A DNA stretch of 64,000 nucleotides from Christensenellaceae bacterium (GTDB lineage Bacteria; Bacillota; Clostridia; Christensenellales; CAG-138), in NCBI GenBank assembly GCA_963675855.1, contig OY776633.1, positions 1,242,546-1,306,545 on the forward strand, written 5' to 3'. Position numbers and translations under genes: made by a program. Positions within the stretch are counted from its first letter, which is position 1. Each line of letters begins with the position of its first letter. Below, one piece after another: positions 29,566 through 38,749 of the stretch. Under the pieces are notes generated by a model. That model ran no database searches. It was not told the DNA's origin and saw nothing but the letters and a program-made list of their open reading frames with translations.

Positions 29566-30028
29566 CGGCGAAGCAAAAAAAACGATCCGGCAGATGGGTA
29601 AGTTCGCCGTCGTCGGCGTGCTCAATACGCTGGTGGATTTTGCGGTGTTCCAAACGCTGAATCTCACGCTAGGCTGGGTTTACGCCGCGCAGGTTTGCGG
29701 TTATACCTGCGGGTTGATCAACAGCTATCTTTGGAACAGCAACTGGACGTTTCGCGAGCAGCGCACGCGCACGCTTCGCGAGATGTCTTTGTTCCTGCTC
29801 GTCAACCTCGCGTCGCTGGGCGTTTCACTCGGTATGATCTGGCTTTGCCGCGAGGTGTTCGGCGTAACGAACGACTGGGCCGCCGGATGGATGCCGCCGG
29901 TTTTGGCCGGTTTCGTCAAGGGCGACACGATCGCAAAACTCATCGCGACCGCGGTGGCGATCACGGTGAACTATCTGGGCAACCGCCTGTTCGTGTTCCG
30001 GCAGAAACCGATCGCAACGGCGGAATAA
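29555..30028 (+). CDS. GtrA-family membrane protein
   Basis: 157 aa with four hydrophobic segments and FAVVGVLNTLVDFAVFQ...YLGNRLFVF. It overlaps the upstream gene by 11 nt. Confidence 0.85.
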   Translation: MERNGEAKKTIRQMGKFAVVGVLNTLVDFAVFQTLNLTLGWVYAAQVCGYTCGLINSYLWNSNWTFREQRTRTLREMSLFLLVNLASLGVSLGMIWLCREVFGVTNDWAAGWMPPVLAGFVKGDTIAKLIATAVAITVNYLGNRLFVFRQKPIATAE

Positions 30029-30063
30029 AGAGCGAAATAGCCCGGAGAGATATCGACAAAAAA

Positions 30064-30088
30064 AGCGCCGCGTTCGCGGCGTTTTTCG
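30064..30088 (+). terminator. Rho-independent terminator after gtrA-like gene
   Basis: GCGCCGCG-TTC-GCGGCGT hairpin followed by TTTTT. Confidence 0.65.
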
Positions 30089-30148
30089 TGTATACTGATA
30101 CTAACAGTCAAAATCTCAAAAATCCGGCGGAAGGAATCGTACTATCGA

Positions 30149-31675
30149 ATGCTATCGCGTATCAAGAGCCACGGACTCAGCGGTATCGGCGGCTTTGCCG
30201 TACAGGTGGAGACGGATATCGCAAACGGATTGCCCGCCTTTGAAATCGTCGGACTGCCCGACGCTGCGGTGAAGGAATCGCGCGAGCGCGTGCGCGCGGC
30301 GATCAAAAACGCGGGATTCGTCTTTCCGGCGGCGCGCATCACGGTCAACCTCGCGCCAGCCGATATGCGTAAGGAAGGCGCGGTGTACGATCTGCCCGTT
30401 GCGCTCTCCATCCTCGCGGCGTCGGGGCAGCTCGGCGCGAACGTAAACCCGCCGTTTGTCGCGTTCGGAGAACTGGGGCTCGACGGAAGCGTGCGCGCCA
30501 TCGCGGGCGTGCTGCCGATGGTGATCGACGCGTTCTCGCAGGGCGAGACGGTGTTCGCCATGCCGGAAGGCAACGCGGAGGAGGCGGCTTACGTAGAGGG
30601 TGTCGAGATCCTGCCCGTTTCCACGCTCGCGCAGCTTTGCGGGCATGTGCGCGGCGAAGCGGTCATTGCCGTCCATCCGACCGAACGCTGGCAGGGCAGT
30701 GAAACGCGATATACGACCGATTTTTCCGAAATCAAGGGACAGCAGGGCGCCAAACGCGCCGCCGAGATCGCTATCGCTGGGGGACACAACATCCTGCTCA
30801 TCGGCACGCCCGGCGCGGGCAAGACCATGCTCGCGCGCGCCATCCCGTCCATACTGCCGCAGCTGACATATGAAGAATCGCTGGAGATCACCAAGATACA
30901 TTCCATTACGGGCGCGACCAAAGGCCGCGGCATGATCCGCGAACGACCGTTCCGCGCGCCGCATCACGGCGCGTCCGGCGCGGCGCTTGTCGGCGGCGGC
31001 AACCGCGCCATGCCGGGCGAGATCAGCCTCGCGCACTATGGCGTGCTCTTCCTCGACGAGTTGCCGGAGTTCCGGCATGACGTGCTCGAAGCCCTGCGTC
31101 AGCCGCTGGAGGACGGGTTCATCACAGTCAGCCGCGCTGCTGCGACGGCGACGTACCCGGCGGAATTTGTGCTCGTCGCCGCCATGAATCCCTGCCCTTG
31201 CGGCAATTACGGTTCCCGCATCCACCCGTGCCATTGCGCAAAAAGCCAGATCGAACGCTACCGCGGGCGTATCAGCGGGCCGCTATTGGACCGCATCGAC
31301 ATTCAGATCGAGATGCCGGAGGTCGGCTTCACCGAGCTTTCTGAAAAATCGAACGGAGAGCCGTCCGCCGTGATCCGCGCGCGTGTGGAGGCGGCCAGAG
31401 CGCGGCAGCGCGAGCGCTTCACCGGAGACGGAATACTGCTCAACGCGCAGATGAACGCGCGCCTCATCAAGCAGTACTGCGCGCCGGACGCCGATTCCGA
31501 ACGCCTGCTGGCGCGCGCTTATGCGGAACTCAAGCTCTCCGCGCGCGCCTATCAGCGCATACTGAAAGTCGCGCGCACGATTGCGGACATGGAAGGCGCT
31601 CAGCGCATCGCGCTGGCGCATTACGCCGAGGCGATTCAATACCGCAGCCTCGACCAGTCCGGAAGGGAAGCGTAA
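30149..31675 (+). CDS. comM: YifB/ComM-family Mg-chelatase-like ATPase
   Basis: It has a Lon-like N-terminal domain, Walker A GTPGAGKTMLA, LFLDELPEF and a C-terminal ChlI-like part. Confidence 0.93.
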   Translation: MLSRIKSHGLSGIGGFAVQVETDIANGLPAFEIVGLPDAAVKESRERVRAAIKNAGFVFPAARITVNLAPADMRKEGAVYDLPVALSILAASGQLGANVNPPFVAFGELGLDGSVRAIAGVLPMVIDAFSQGETVFAMPEGNAEEAAYVEGVEILPVSTLAQLCGHVRGEAVIAVHPTERWQGSETRYTTDFSEIKGQQGAKRAAEIAIAGGHNILLIGTPGAGKTMLARAIPSILPQLTYEESLEITKIHSITGATKGRGMIRERPFRAPHHGASGAALVGGGNRAMPGEISLAHYGVLFLDELPEFRHDVLEALRQPLEDGFITVSRAAATATYPAEFVLVAAMNPCPCGNYGSRIHPCHCAKSQIERYRGRISGPLLDRIDIQIEMPEVGFTELSEKSNGEPSAVIRARVEAARARQRERFTGDGILLNAQMNARLIKQYCAPDADSERLLARAYAELKLSARAYQRILKVARTIADMEGAQRIALAHYAEAIQYRSLDQSGREA

Positions 31676-31679
31676 CGTG

Positions 31680-32828
31680 ATGGAGCGGTCGGCGACGCTT
31701 GAAGAACGCGCAAGGCTATGGCTCAATTACGCGACGGAGTACAACTCGAAGTTGTTCCATAAAGCCGCCGGGCAATTCGGCACGCTTTCAGAGGCTTACG
31801 ACTCGTTTTCAGCAGCCAGAAAGCCGTTTTCCGCACTGCCGGAGCGCGCGCTTGCCCGGCTGACAGAAGCAAAGCAATCGGGGTTTATCGACCGTCTGCT
31901 TGAAAGAATGGAAAAAAAGAACATCCGCTTCACTTACCCCGGTGACGGCAGGTATCCGCGTCTGCTCGCGCAGATACCCGATCCGCCGGGCGTGCTTTAT
32001 TATATCGGCGCAATCGAACCCGATCCCGAGCTTTCGATCGCCGTCGTCGGTTCGCGCCATCCGACGAAATACGGCGTGGAAGTCGCCAAACGTTTCGGCT
32101 ACGAGCTTGCCGCGGCGGGCGCGCTCGTCGTCTCCGGCATGGCGGAGGGGGTTGACGCGAGCGCGGCGCGCGGCGCGCTGGACGCAAAAAACGCCGTCTG
32201 CCCGACACTGGCGGTTTTAGGCTGCGGCGTGGACGTCGTCTATCCGCAATCGAACGAGAAATTGTACGATGAAATCGTTGAGCGCGGCGCCGTGGTCTCG
32301 GAGTTTCTGCCGGGCACGCGCGTGGAGCGGTATCATTTTCCGATTCGAAACCGCGTCATGAGCGCGCTGGCGCATGGCACGCTGATCGTGGAAGCGGCGC
32401 AGCGCAGCGGCACGTCCATCACCGCCGGATATGCGCACGACCAGGGCAGGGAGGTGTTTGCCGTTCCCGGGCGCATCGGAGACGAGATGAGCGAAGGCCC
32501 CAACGGCATGATCTCGCGCGGCGAGGCGAAGCCCGTTTTCTCGACGGATGATATATTGACGGAGTTTTCCTGCCTGCACGTTCCCGCCCCGGCGCAGGTT
32601 CCGGCGAACGTTGTTCTGCTCTCTTCGCTGAGCGAAGACCAGCGCGCAATCTGCCGTCTGCTGCGAAGCGGCGAGATGAGCTTTGACGAACTCTGCGAGG
32701 AGCTGGCTCTGCCAATCGGCGCGATGAACGCTGCCCTGACCGAGTTACAGTTTGCCGGAATCGCGCTCGCGCTGCCGGGCAGGCGCTATGCGATCGATAC
32801 GGAACATACGAAATTGAAAGATTTATAA
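31680..32828 (+). CDS. dprA: DNA-processing protein DprA (Smf)
   Basis: VVSGMAEGVDASAARGAL and TLIVEAAQRSGTSITAGYA are present, with a C-terminal winged-helix-like domain. The ORF opens at 31581 and the ATG at 31680 was chosen. Confidence 0.9.
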   Translation: MERSATLEERARLWLNYATEYNSKLFHKAAGQFGTLSEAYDSFSAARKPFSALPERALARLTEAKQSGFIDRLLERMEKKNIRFTYPGDGRYPRLLAQIPDPPGVLYYIGAIEPDPELSIAVVGSRHPTKYGVEVAKRFGYELAAAGALVVSGMAEGVDASAARGALDAKNAVCPTLAVLGCGVDVVYPQSNEKLYDEIVERGAVVSEFLPGTRVERYHFPIRNRVMSALAHGTLIVEAAQRSGTSITAGYAHDQGREVFAVPGRIGDEMSEGPNGMISRGEAKPVFSTDDILTEFSCLHVPAPAQVPANVVLLSSLSEDQRAICRLLRSGEMSFDELCEELALPIGAMNAALTELQFAGIALALPGRRYAIDTEHTKLKDL

Positions 32829-33070
32829 CATTATTAAGAGTGAAATACTAATAAGAAGCGTTATTTTGACAAATCAACAACGATTCGCGCGCTTTGATAG
32901 CGGTCCTGCATTCCGGTGAAATAAAACTCGGTTTCATGACTTGTGCATATATAATGAAGCTGTTTACATTGCCGCCGACGACAGCGCATAGGATACGCTG
33001 ATTTCTACCCTGAACATGACGCTGACATAGATATTTCACACCGTTTTTTCGCGGATCGGTTAATTTTCCC

Positions 33071-33099
33071 TTGACAGATTTACGTATTTTCGAAATAAT
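33071..33099 (+). promoter_or_regulatory. Sigma-A-type promoter (TTGACA-17-AATAAT) for topA
   Basis: Consensus -35 hexamer, 17-nt spacer and an AT-rich -10 hexamer. Confidence 0.5.
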
Positions 33100-33177
33100 G
33101 TAGCAGTTGCCGGACGAATATTACGCGCAAGACGCGTGATTGGATGTGAAAGCCGCCGCTCCGGCGGGAGGATAACC

Positions 33178-35292
33178 ATGTCGGAATCTCTTGTGATCGT
33201 CGAATCGCCGGCCAAGGCGAAAACGATCGGAAAATTCTTGGGAAAAAAATACAAGGTCGTCGCGTCGAACGGGCACGTGCGGGATCTGCCCAAAAGCCAG
33301 CTCGGCGTAAAGATCGAAAACGGATTTGAACCGAAATACATCACGCTGCGCGGACGGGGGGACGTCCTTGAACGCATTCGCAAGGAGGCCAAATCGGCCG
33401 AGAAGATTTACCTTGCGACAGACCCCGACCGCGAAGGGGAAGCCATCAGCTGGCATTTGGCGCAAGTGCTCAACCTCGACACAACGAGCAAGTGCCGCAT
33501 CGTGTTTAACGAGATTACGTCCACCGCCGTCAAGAACTCCATCAAGGGTGCGCGCACCGTGGATATGCGCCTCGTCAACGCGCAGCAGGCGCGCCGCATT
33601 CTCGACCGCCTTGTGGGTTATGAAATCAGCCCCATCCTCTGGAGAAAGGTGCGGAAAGGGCTTTCCGCCGGGCGCGTGCAGTCCGTCGCCACGCGTATCA
33701 TCTGCGACCGCGAAAACGAGATCAACGCGTTCGTTCCCGAAGAGTACTGGAACATAACCGCGAAGCTGCGCGATGCTTCGAACAAAAAAACGTTCGAGGC
33801 GAAATATTTCGGCGAAAACGGCAGCAAACGCGACCTTCGCAAAGAGGCGGACACGAAAGAAGTTCTGGAACGCATTCATGACAAGCCGTTTTTAATCACC
33901 GATATCAAGGAAGGCGAGAAGACGCGCCACCCCGCGCCGCCGTTTACAACGAGCAGCCTCCAGCAGGAGGCCTCGAGAAAGCTCGGGTTTACAACCAAGC
34001 GCACCATGATGATCGCCCAGCAGCTCTACGAGGGCATCGAGCTCGGCGGCAAAGGCGCGGTCGGCTTGATATCATACATCCGTACCGACTCCGTGCGCAT
34101 CGCTTCCGAAGCGCAGCAGGCGGCGCGCGCACACATCGGTTCGCGGTTCGGCGAGAAATATGTGCCGGAAAAACCGAACTTTTACAAGGGCCGTGACGGC
34201 GCGCAGGACGCGCACGAGGCGATCCGCCCGACAGGCGTGGAACACGAGCCGGTTCTGATCAAGGAAAATCTGACTGGCGAACAGTACCGACTGTACAAAC
34301 TCATCTATGAGCGCTTCCTCGCAAGCCAGATGAGCGACGCGTTATTCGCCACCACGCAGGTGACGCTGGACTGCGTGGGCGCGACATTCCGCGCCAACGG
34401 CACCCGCACGATCTTCGATGGCTTCACGGCGGTCTACACGGAAGGCCGCGACGACGTTCAGGAGAAGGTGACGTCCCTGCCGGTACTCGCAACGGGCGAC
34501 AACTGCCGTGTGGAAAAGATCGACAGCGAGCAGAAGTTTACACAGCCTCCGCCGCGATACACGGAAGCGACCCTGGTCAAGGCGCTCGAAGAAAAGGGCA
34601 TCGGACGCCCGAGCACTTATTCGCCGACGATCTCCACCATCGTGGATCGGGGTTATATCGCGCGCGAAAAGAAGCAGCTGGTACCGACCGAGCTGGGGTT
34701 CATCGTAAACCGCTTCATGCTCGATAACTTTGACGAGATCGTAGACGTGAAGTTCACCGCCATGATGGAAAAGCAACTCGACGAGGTCGAGGAAGACAAG
34801 ATCGCCTGGGTGGACGTTCTGGAGAAATTCTACAGCCCGTTCCATCAGAAGGTCGAAGTTGCGATCGAAAAAGCGCCGCCGGAGAAGATACCGGACGAGG
34901 TTTCGGACGTCGTTTGCGAAAAATGCGGCGCGTTGATGGTCTATAAGCTTGGGCGTTTCGGGAAATTTCTCGCATGCCCCAACTTCCCGACCTGCCGGAA
35001 CACCAAGGCGATCGTGGAGAAGATCGACGTACCCTGCCCCAAGTGCGGCGCGGCGCTGATCAAAAGAAAGAGCAAGCGCGGCAAGGTGTTTTACGGCTGC
35101 GAACGGTATCCGGAGTGCGACTTCGTCTCCTGGGACAAACCCACGAAGATGGCTTGTCCGCAGTGCGGCGGCATGATGGTGCAGAAAATCGGCCAGAACG
35201 GCAGCTACATCGCCTGCATGGACAAGGAATGCGGCTATATCCACCGCAACCCGAAGAAGAGCAAAGACGAAAAAGAGGCCGAAGCCGAATGA
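33178..35292 (+). CDS. topA: DNA topoisomerase I
   Basis: It has the TOPRIM N-terminus LVIVESPAKAKTIGKFLG, the active-site tyrosine in LISYIRTDS, and three C-terminal CxxC...CxxC zinc ribbons. Confidence 0.97.
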   Translation: MSESLVIVESPAKAKTIGKFLGKKYKVVASNGHVRDLPKSQLGVKIENGFEPKYITLRGRGDVLERIRKEAKSAEKIYLATDPDREGEAISWHLAQVLNLDTTSKCRIVFNEITSTAVKNSIKGARTVDMRLVNAQQARRILDRLVGYEISPILWRKVRKGLSAGRVQSVATRIICDRENEINAFVPEEYWNITAKLRDASNKKTFEAKYFGENGSKRDLRKEADTKEVLERIHDKPFLITDIKEGEKTRHPAPPFTTSSLQQEASRKLGFTTKRTMMIAQQLYEGIELGGKGAVGLISYIRTDSVRIASEAQQAARAHIGSRFGEKYVPEKPNFYKGRDGAQDAHEAIRPTGVEHEPVLIKENLTGEQYRLYKLIYERFLASQMSDALFATTQVTLDCVGATFRANGTRTIFDGFTAVYTEGRDDVQEKVTSLPVLATGDNCRVEKIDSEQKFTQPPPRYTEATLVKALEEKGIGRPSTYSPTISTIVDRGYIAREKKQLVPTELGFIVNRFMLDNFDEIVDVKFTAMMEKQLDEVEEDKIAWVDVLEKFYSPFHQKVEVAIEKAPPEKIPDEVSDVVCEKCGALMVYKLGRFGKFLACPNFPTCRNTKAIVEKIDVPCPKCGAALIKRKSKRGKVFYGCERYPECDFVSWDKPTKMACPQCGGMMVQKIGQNGSYIACMDKECGYIHRNPKKSKDEKEAEAE

Positions 35293-36620
35293 GACACGCT
35301 CGCGTCGCTGTCGTCGGCGCGGGACTGGCCGGCTGCGAAGCCGCGTTTCAGCTCGCAGAGCGCGGCGTTACGGTCGATCTGTTTGAAATGAAACCGCACA
35401 AGATGTCCCCCGCGCACCACAGCGGAGACTTCTGTGAACTCGTTTGCAGCAATTCGCTGCGTTCCGACCGCGTTGAAAACGCGGTCGGTCTTTTAAAAGC
35501 GGAACTGCGCCGTTTAGGCTCGCTTATCATACGCGCGGCGGACGAAACGCGCGTGCCCGCCGGCGGCGCGCTCGCGGTCGACCGCGAGGGGTTTTCTGCG
35601 TATGTCACGAAGATCCTGCGGGCGCACCCGAATATCGCCGTTCACAACGAGGAGGTCACGCGCGTACCCGATGCGCCGGCGATCGTCGCGGCAGGGCCGC
35701 TCGTCTCGGACGCGCTCGCGGCGGATATCGCCCGGCTTACCGGAGAAGCGCTGCATTTTTACGACGCGGCGGCGCCGATCGTCGCGGCGGACTCGCTGGA
35801 CACGAACAAAATCTTCCGCGCGTCGCGCTACGGCAGGGGTGACGATTACCTTAACTGCCCCATGACGCGGGAGGAATATCAACGCTTTTACGAGGCGCTC
35901 GTCTCGGCGGAAACGGCAGAGCTGCATGCGTTCGAAACGCCGCGCGTATTCGAGGGCTGCATGCCGATCGAGGCCATGGCCAAACGCGGTGCGCAGACGC
36001 TTTGTTACGGCCCGCTCAAGCCGGTCGGGCTTACGCACGAGGGGCAAACGCCGTACGCCGTCGTACAGCTTCGGCAGGACGATAAGGACGGCAGACTTTT
36101 CAACATCGTCGGCTTTCAGACGAACCTCAGATTTTCCGAGCAAAAACGCGTACTCGGGATGATTCCCGGGCTGGAACACGCCGAGTTCGTACGATATGGT
36201 GTGATGCACCGAAACACGTTTCTCAATTCGCCGGAATTGCTGCATTTCGATTACCAGATGCGTACTGTGCCGGGGCTTTATTTTGCGGGGCAGATCACGG
36301 GCGTCGAGGGGTATGTCGAGTCCGCGAGCAGCGGGCTAGCCGCCGCGCTGTCCATGGCAAACCGCCTCGAAGGTAAACCGCCGGCGGACTTTACCGCAAA
36401 GACCGCCATCGGCGCGCTGGGACACTATGTATCCGAATACAATGGAAGCGACTTTCAACCAATGAACGTTACGTTCGGCATCATGGAACCCTGGCCGGAG
36501 CGAATCCGCAAGAAGACGGAGCGTTATGGGAAAATCGCCGAGCGCGCGCTGAGCATCATCGATGGAATAAAGCGCGGAACTGATCTTTACGCGGCAAATT
36601 ATGCCGATCCGGTCGAATAG
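35289..36620 (+). CDS. trmFO: Methylenetetrahydrofolate--tRNA-(uracil54-C5)-methyltransferase TrmFO (Gid)
   Basis: MRHARVAVVGAGLAGCEAAF (FAD GxGxxG) and GQITGVEGYVES. The start overlaps the topA stop (ATGA). Confidence 0.95.
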   Translation: MRHARVAVVGAGLAGCEAAFQLAERGVTVDLFEMKPHKMSPAHHSGDFCELVCSNSLRSDRVENAVGLLKAELRRLGSLIIRAADETRVPAGGALAVDREGFSAYVTKILRAHPNIAVHNEEVTRVPDAPAIVAAGPLVSDALAADIARLTGEALHFYDAAAPIVAADSLDTNKIFRASRYGRGDDYLNCPMTREEYQRFYEALVSAETAELHAFETPRVFEGCMPIEAMAKRGAQTLCYGPLKPVGLTHEGQTPYAVVQLRQDDKDGRLFNIVGFQTNLRFSEQKRVLGMIPGLEHAEFVRYGVMHRNTFLNSPELLHFDYQMRTVPGLYFAGQITGVEGYVESASSGLAAALSMANRLEGKPPADFTAKTAIGALGHYVSEYNGSDFQPMNVTFGIMEPWPERIRKKTERYGKIAERALSIIDGIKRGTDLYAANYADPVE

Positions 36621-36800
36621 ACGTCGAATAGACAATGGTATAATAATCGTGAAAGAATTGAAAACGAATTGGCGAATGCGGGCGGAATAGCCCGCTTTGT
36701 GCTACTATGTTAGACAGGTAGAATCTACCTGCCCGCGGGTCGAAACGGCGGATTTTACGCCGCCGGACTGCGCGGCTGAAGATACAGGAGGATTACCCGA

Positions 36801-37334
36801 TTGGAACTCAGGGGTACGACGATTATAGCCGTCAGAAAGGACGGCAAATGCGCCATCGCCGGAGACGGCCAAGTGACAATGAGCGAATCCGTCATCATGA
36901 AGGCGACGGCGAAAAAGGTGAGGAGGCTCTACCACGATCAGGTTGTCGTAGGGTTTGCCGGATCGGTCGCGGACGCGTTTTCGCTCTGCGAGCGGTTCGA
37001 GAAGAAACTCGAGCAATACGGCGGCAACCTCACCCGCGCGGCGGTATCGCTCGCGCAGGACTGGCGCAGCGACAAGATCATGCACAAGCTCGAAGCGCTC
37101 ATGATCGTAGCCAATAAAGACGAGCTGCTCATCGTATCGGGCACCGGAGAGGTGATCGATCCGGACGACGGCATCGCGGCCATCGGTTCGGGAGGCATGT
37201 ATGCGCTCGCCGCCGCGAAGGCGCTCAAGGAGAATACGGATCTGAACGCGGCCGAGGTTGCGGAAAAAGCGCTTCGCATCGCGGGCAGCATCTGCGTCTT
37301 CACCAACTCGAACATCACGGTGGAGGAGGTATAA
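36801..37334 (+). CDS. hslV: ATP-dependent protease subunit HslV
   Basis: TTG start; ...[22 protein letters not shown] (N-terminal Thr nucleophile) and [11 protein letters not shown]. Confidence 0.95.
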   Translation: MELRGTTIIAVRKDGKCAIAGDGQVTMSESVIMKATAKKVRRLYHDQVVVGFAGSVADAFSLCERFEKKLEQYGGNLTRAAVSLAQDWRSDKIMHKLEALMIVANKDELLIVSGTGEVIDPDDGIAAIGSGGMYALAAAKALKENTDLNAAEVAEKALRIAGSICVFTNSNITVEEV

Positions 37335-37338
37335 AAGT

Positions 37339-38727
37339 ATGCAGCTGACGCCGAGAGAAATCGTAGACGCGCTCGATAAATACATCATAGGGCAGGATCG
37401 CGCCAAGCGCGCGGTCGCCGTCGCGCTGAGAAACCGCTACCGCAGGAGCTGCCTTTCCGACGAGCTGCGAGACGAGATTACGCCGAAAAACATCGTCATG
37501 ATCGGGCCGACGGGCGTCGGTAAAACCGAGATCGCCCGCAGGCTCGCAAAACTCGTGGACGCGCCGTTTGTCAAGGTGGAGGCCACGAAGTATACGGAGG
37601 TCGGCTATGTCGGCCGCGACGTGGAGAGCATGGTGCGCGACCTCGTGGACGCGGCCATCCGCATCACCCTTGACAAACGCATGGAGGAGGTGCGCCTCAT
37701 CGCGGAAGCCGCCGCCGAACAGGCGCTGGCCGACCTGCTGCTGCCGGGCGCGAAAAAGCGCGCGCAGAAGCAGCAGAACCCGCTCCAGATCCTACTCGGC
37801 GCGGGTCAGCAGCAGCCGAGCGAGCCGGAACCCAGCGAAGAGGAAAAACAGCGCCGTTTCAGCGAACGCGAACGCGTGATGGCGGAACTGCGCGCCGGCA
37901 GGCTAGAAAAAGAACTCGTCGAGGTCGAGGTGGAGGAACAGGTCGGCAAGAGCGACGCCATGTTCGCCGCCGGGATTGACCTCAACATCGGCGAGATGTT
38001 CGGCGATTTTCTGCCGAAGAAGACGAAGCGCCGCAAACTTCCCGTCAAGGAAGCGCGCCGCGTGCTCATTCAGCAGGAGAGCGAAAAGCGCATCGACATG
38101 GACGACGTGCACCGCGAGGCGGTTCAGCGCGCGGAGCAGGACGGCATCCTCTTTATCGACGAATTTGACAAGATCGCAGGCGCGGAGCGCGTCGGCGGGC
38201 CGGACGTTTCGCGCGAGGGCGTTCAGAGGGATATCCTGCCCATCGTGGAAGGCAGCGTGGTCAGTACGAAATACGGGCCCGTCAAAACGGACTTCATGCT
38301 CTTTATCGCGGCGGGCGCGTTCCACACGGCTAAAGTAAGCGATATGATACCGGAGCTGCAGGGGCGTTTTCCGATCCGCGTGAAGCTGGACGATTTGACG
38401 CAGGATGACTTCGAAAAGATACTGACCCAGCCGGAAAACGCGGTCACAAAACAGTATACCGCGCTGCTTTCGGCGGACAAAGTAAAGCTCACGTTTGCGC
38501 CGGACGCGCTCAAGGAGATCGCGAAATTCGCGTTTCTCGCCAACGAAAACACCGAAAACATCGGTGCGCGCCGCCTGCATACGGTCATGGAAAACCTGCT
38601 CGACGATATCTCCTTCAACGCCAACGGGCAGCACCCGGAAATCGAGCTGAACATCGACGCGGCGTATGTGGACGAACACCTCGGCAACGATTTCCACGAG
38701 GAGGATATCCATAAGTACATCCTCTAG
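37339..38727 (+). CDS. hslU: ATP-dependent protease ATPase subunit HslU
   Basis: MQLTPREIVDALDKYIIGQ, GPTGVGKTEIARRLA, ILFIDEFDKIA and the I-domain insert. Confidence 0.95.
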   Translation: MQLTPREIVDALDKYIIGQDRAKRAVAVALRNRYRRSCLSDELRDEITPKNIVMIGPTGVGKTEIARRLAKLVDAPFVKVEATKYTEVGYVGRDVESMVRDLVDAAIRITLDKRMEEVRLIAEAAAEQALADLLLPGAKKRAQKQQNPLQILLGAGQQQPSEPEPSEEEKQRRFSERERVMAELRAGRLEKELVEVEVEEQVGKSDAMFAAGIDLNIGEMFGDFLPKKTKRRKLPVKEARRVLIQQESEKRIDMDDVHREAVQRAEQDGILFIDEFDKIAGAERVGGPDVSREGVQRDILPIVEGSVVSTKYGPVKTDFMLFIAAGAFHTAKVSDMIPELQGRFPIRVKLDDLTQDDFEKILTQPENAVTKQYTALLSADKVKLTFAPDALKEIAKFAFLANENTENIGARRLHTVMENLLDDISFNANGQHPEIELNIDAAYVDEHLGNDFHEEDIHKYIL

Positions 38728-38749
38728 AACAGCGTAAAGGACAAGGTAT

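Noticed and set aside
34974-35288. 5' extensions of ORFs in the track that overlap upstream genes. These are trmFO from 34974, rnhB from 24248, yraN from 25069, the dUTPase-like gene from 5090, dprA from 31581 and pepP from 42954.
   Set aside because: The extensions overlap the well-supported upstream CDS in another frame and have Arg-rich nonsense composition. Internal starts give canonical N-termini, often coupled to the upstream stop (ATGA/GTGA).
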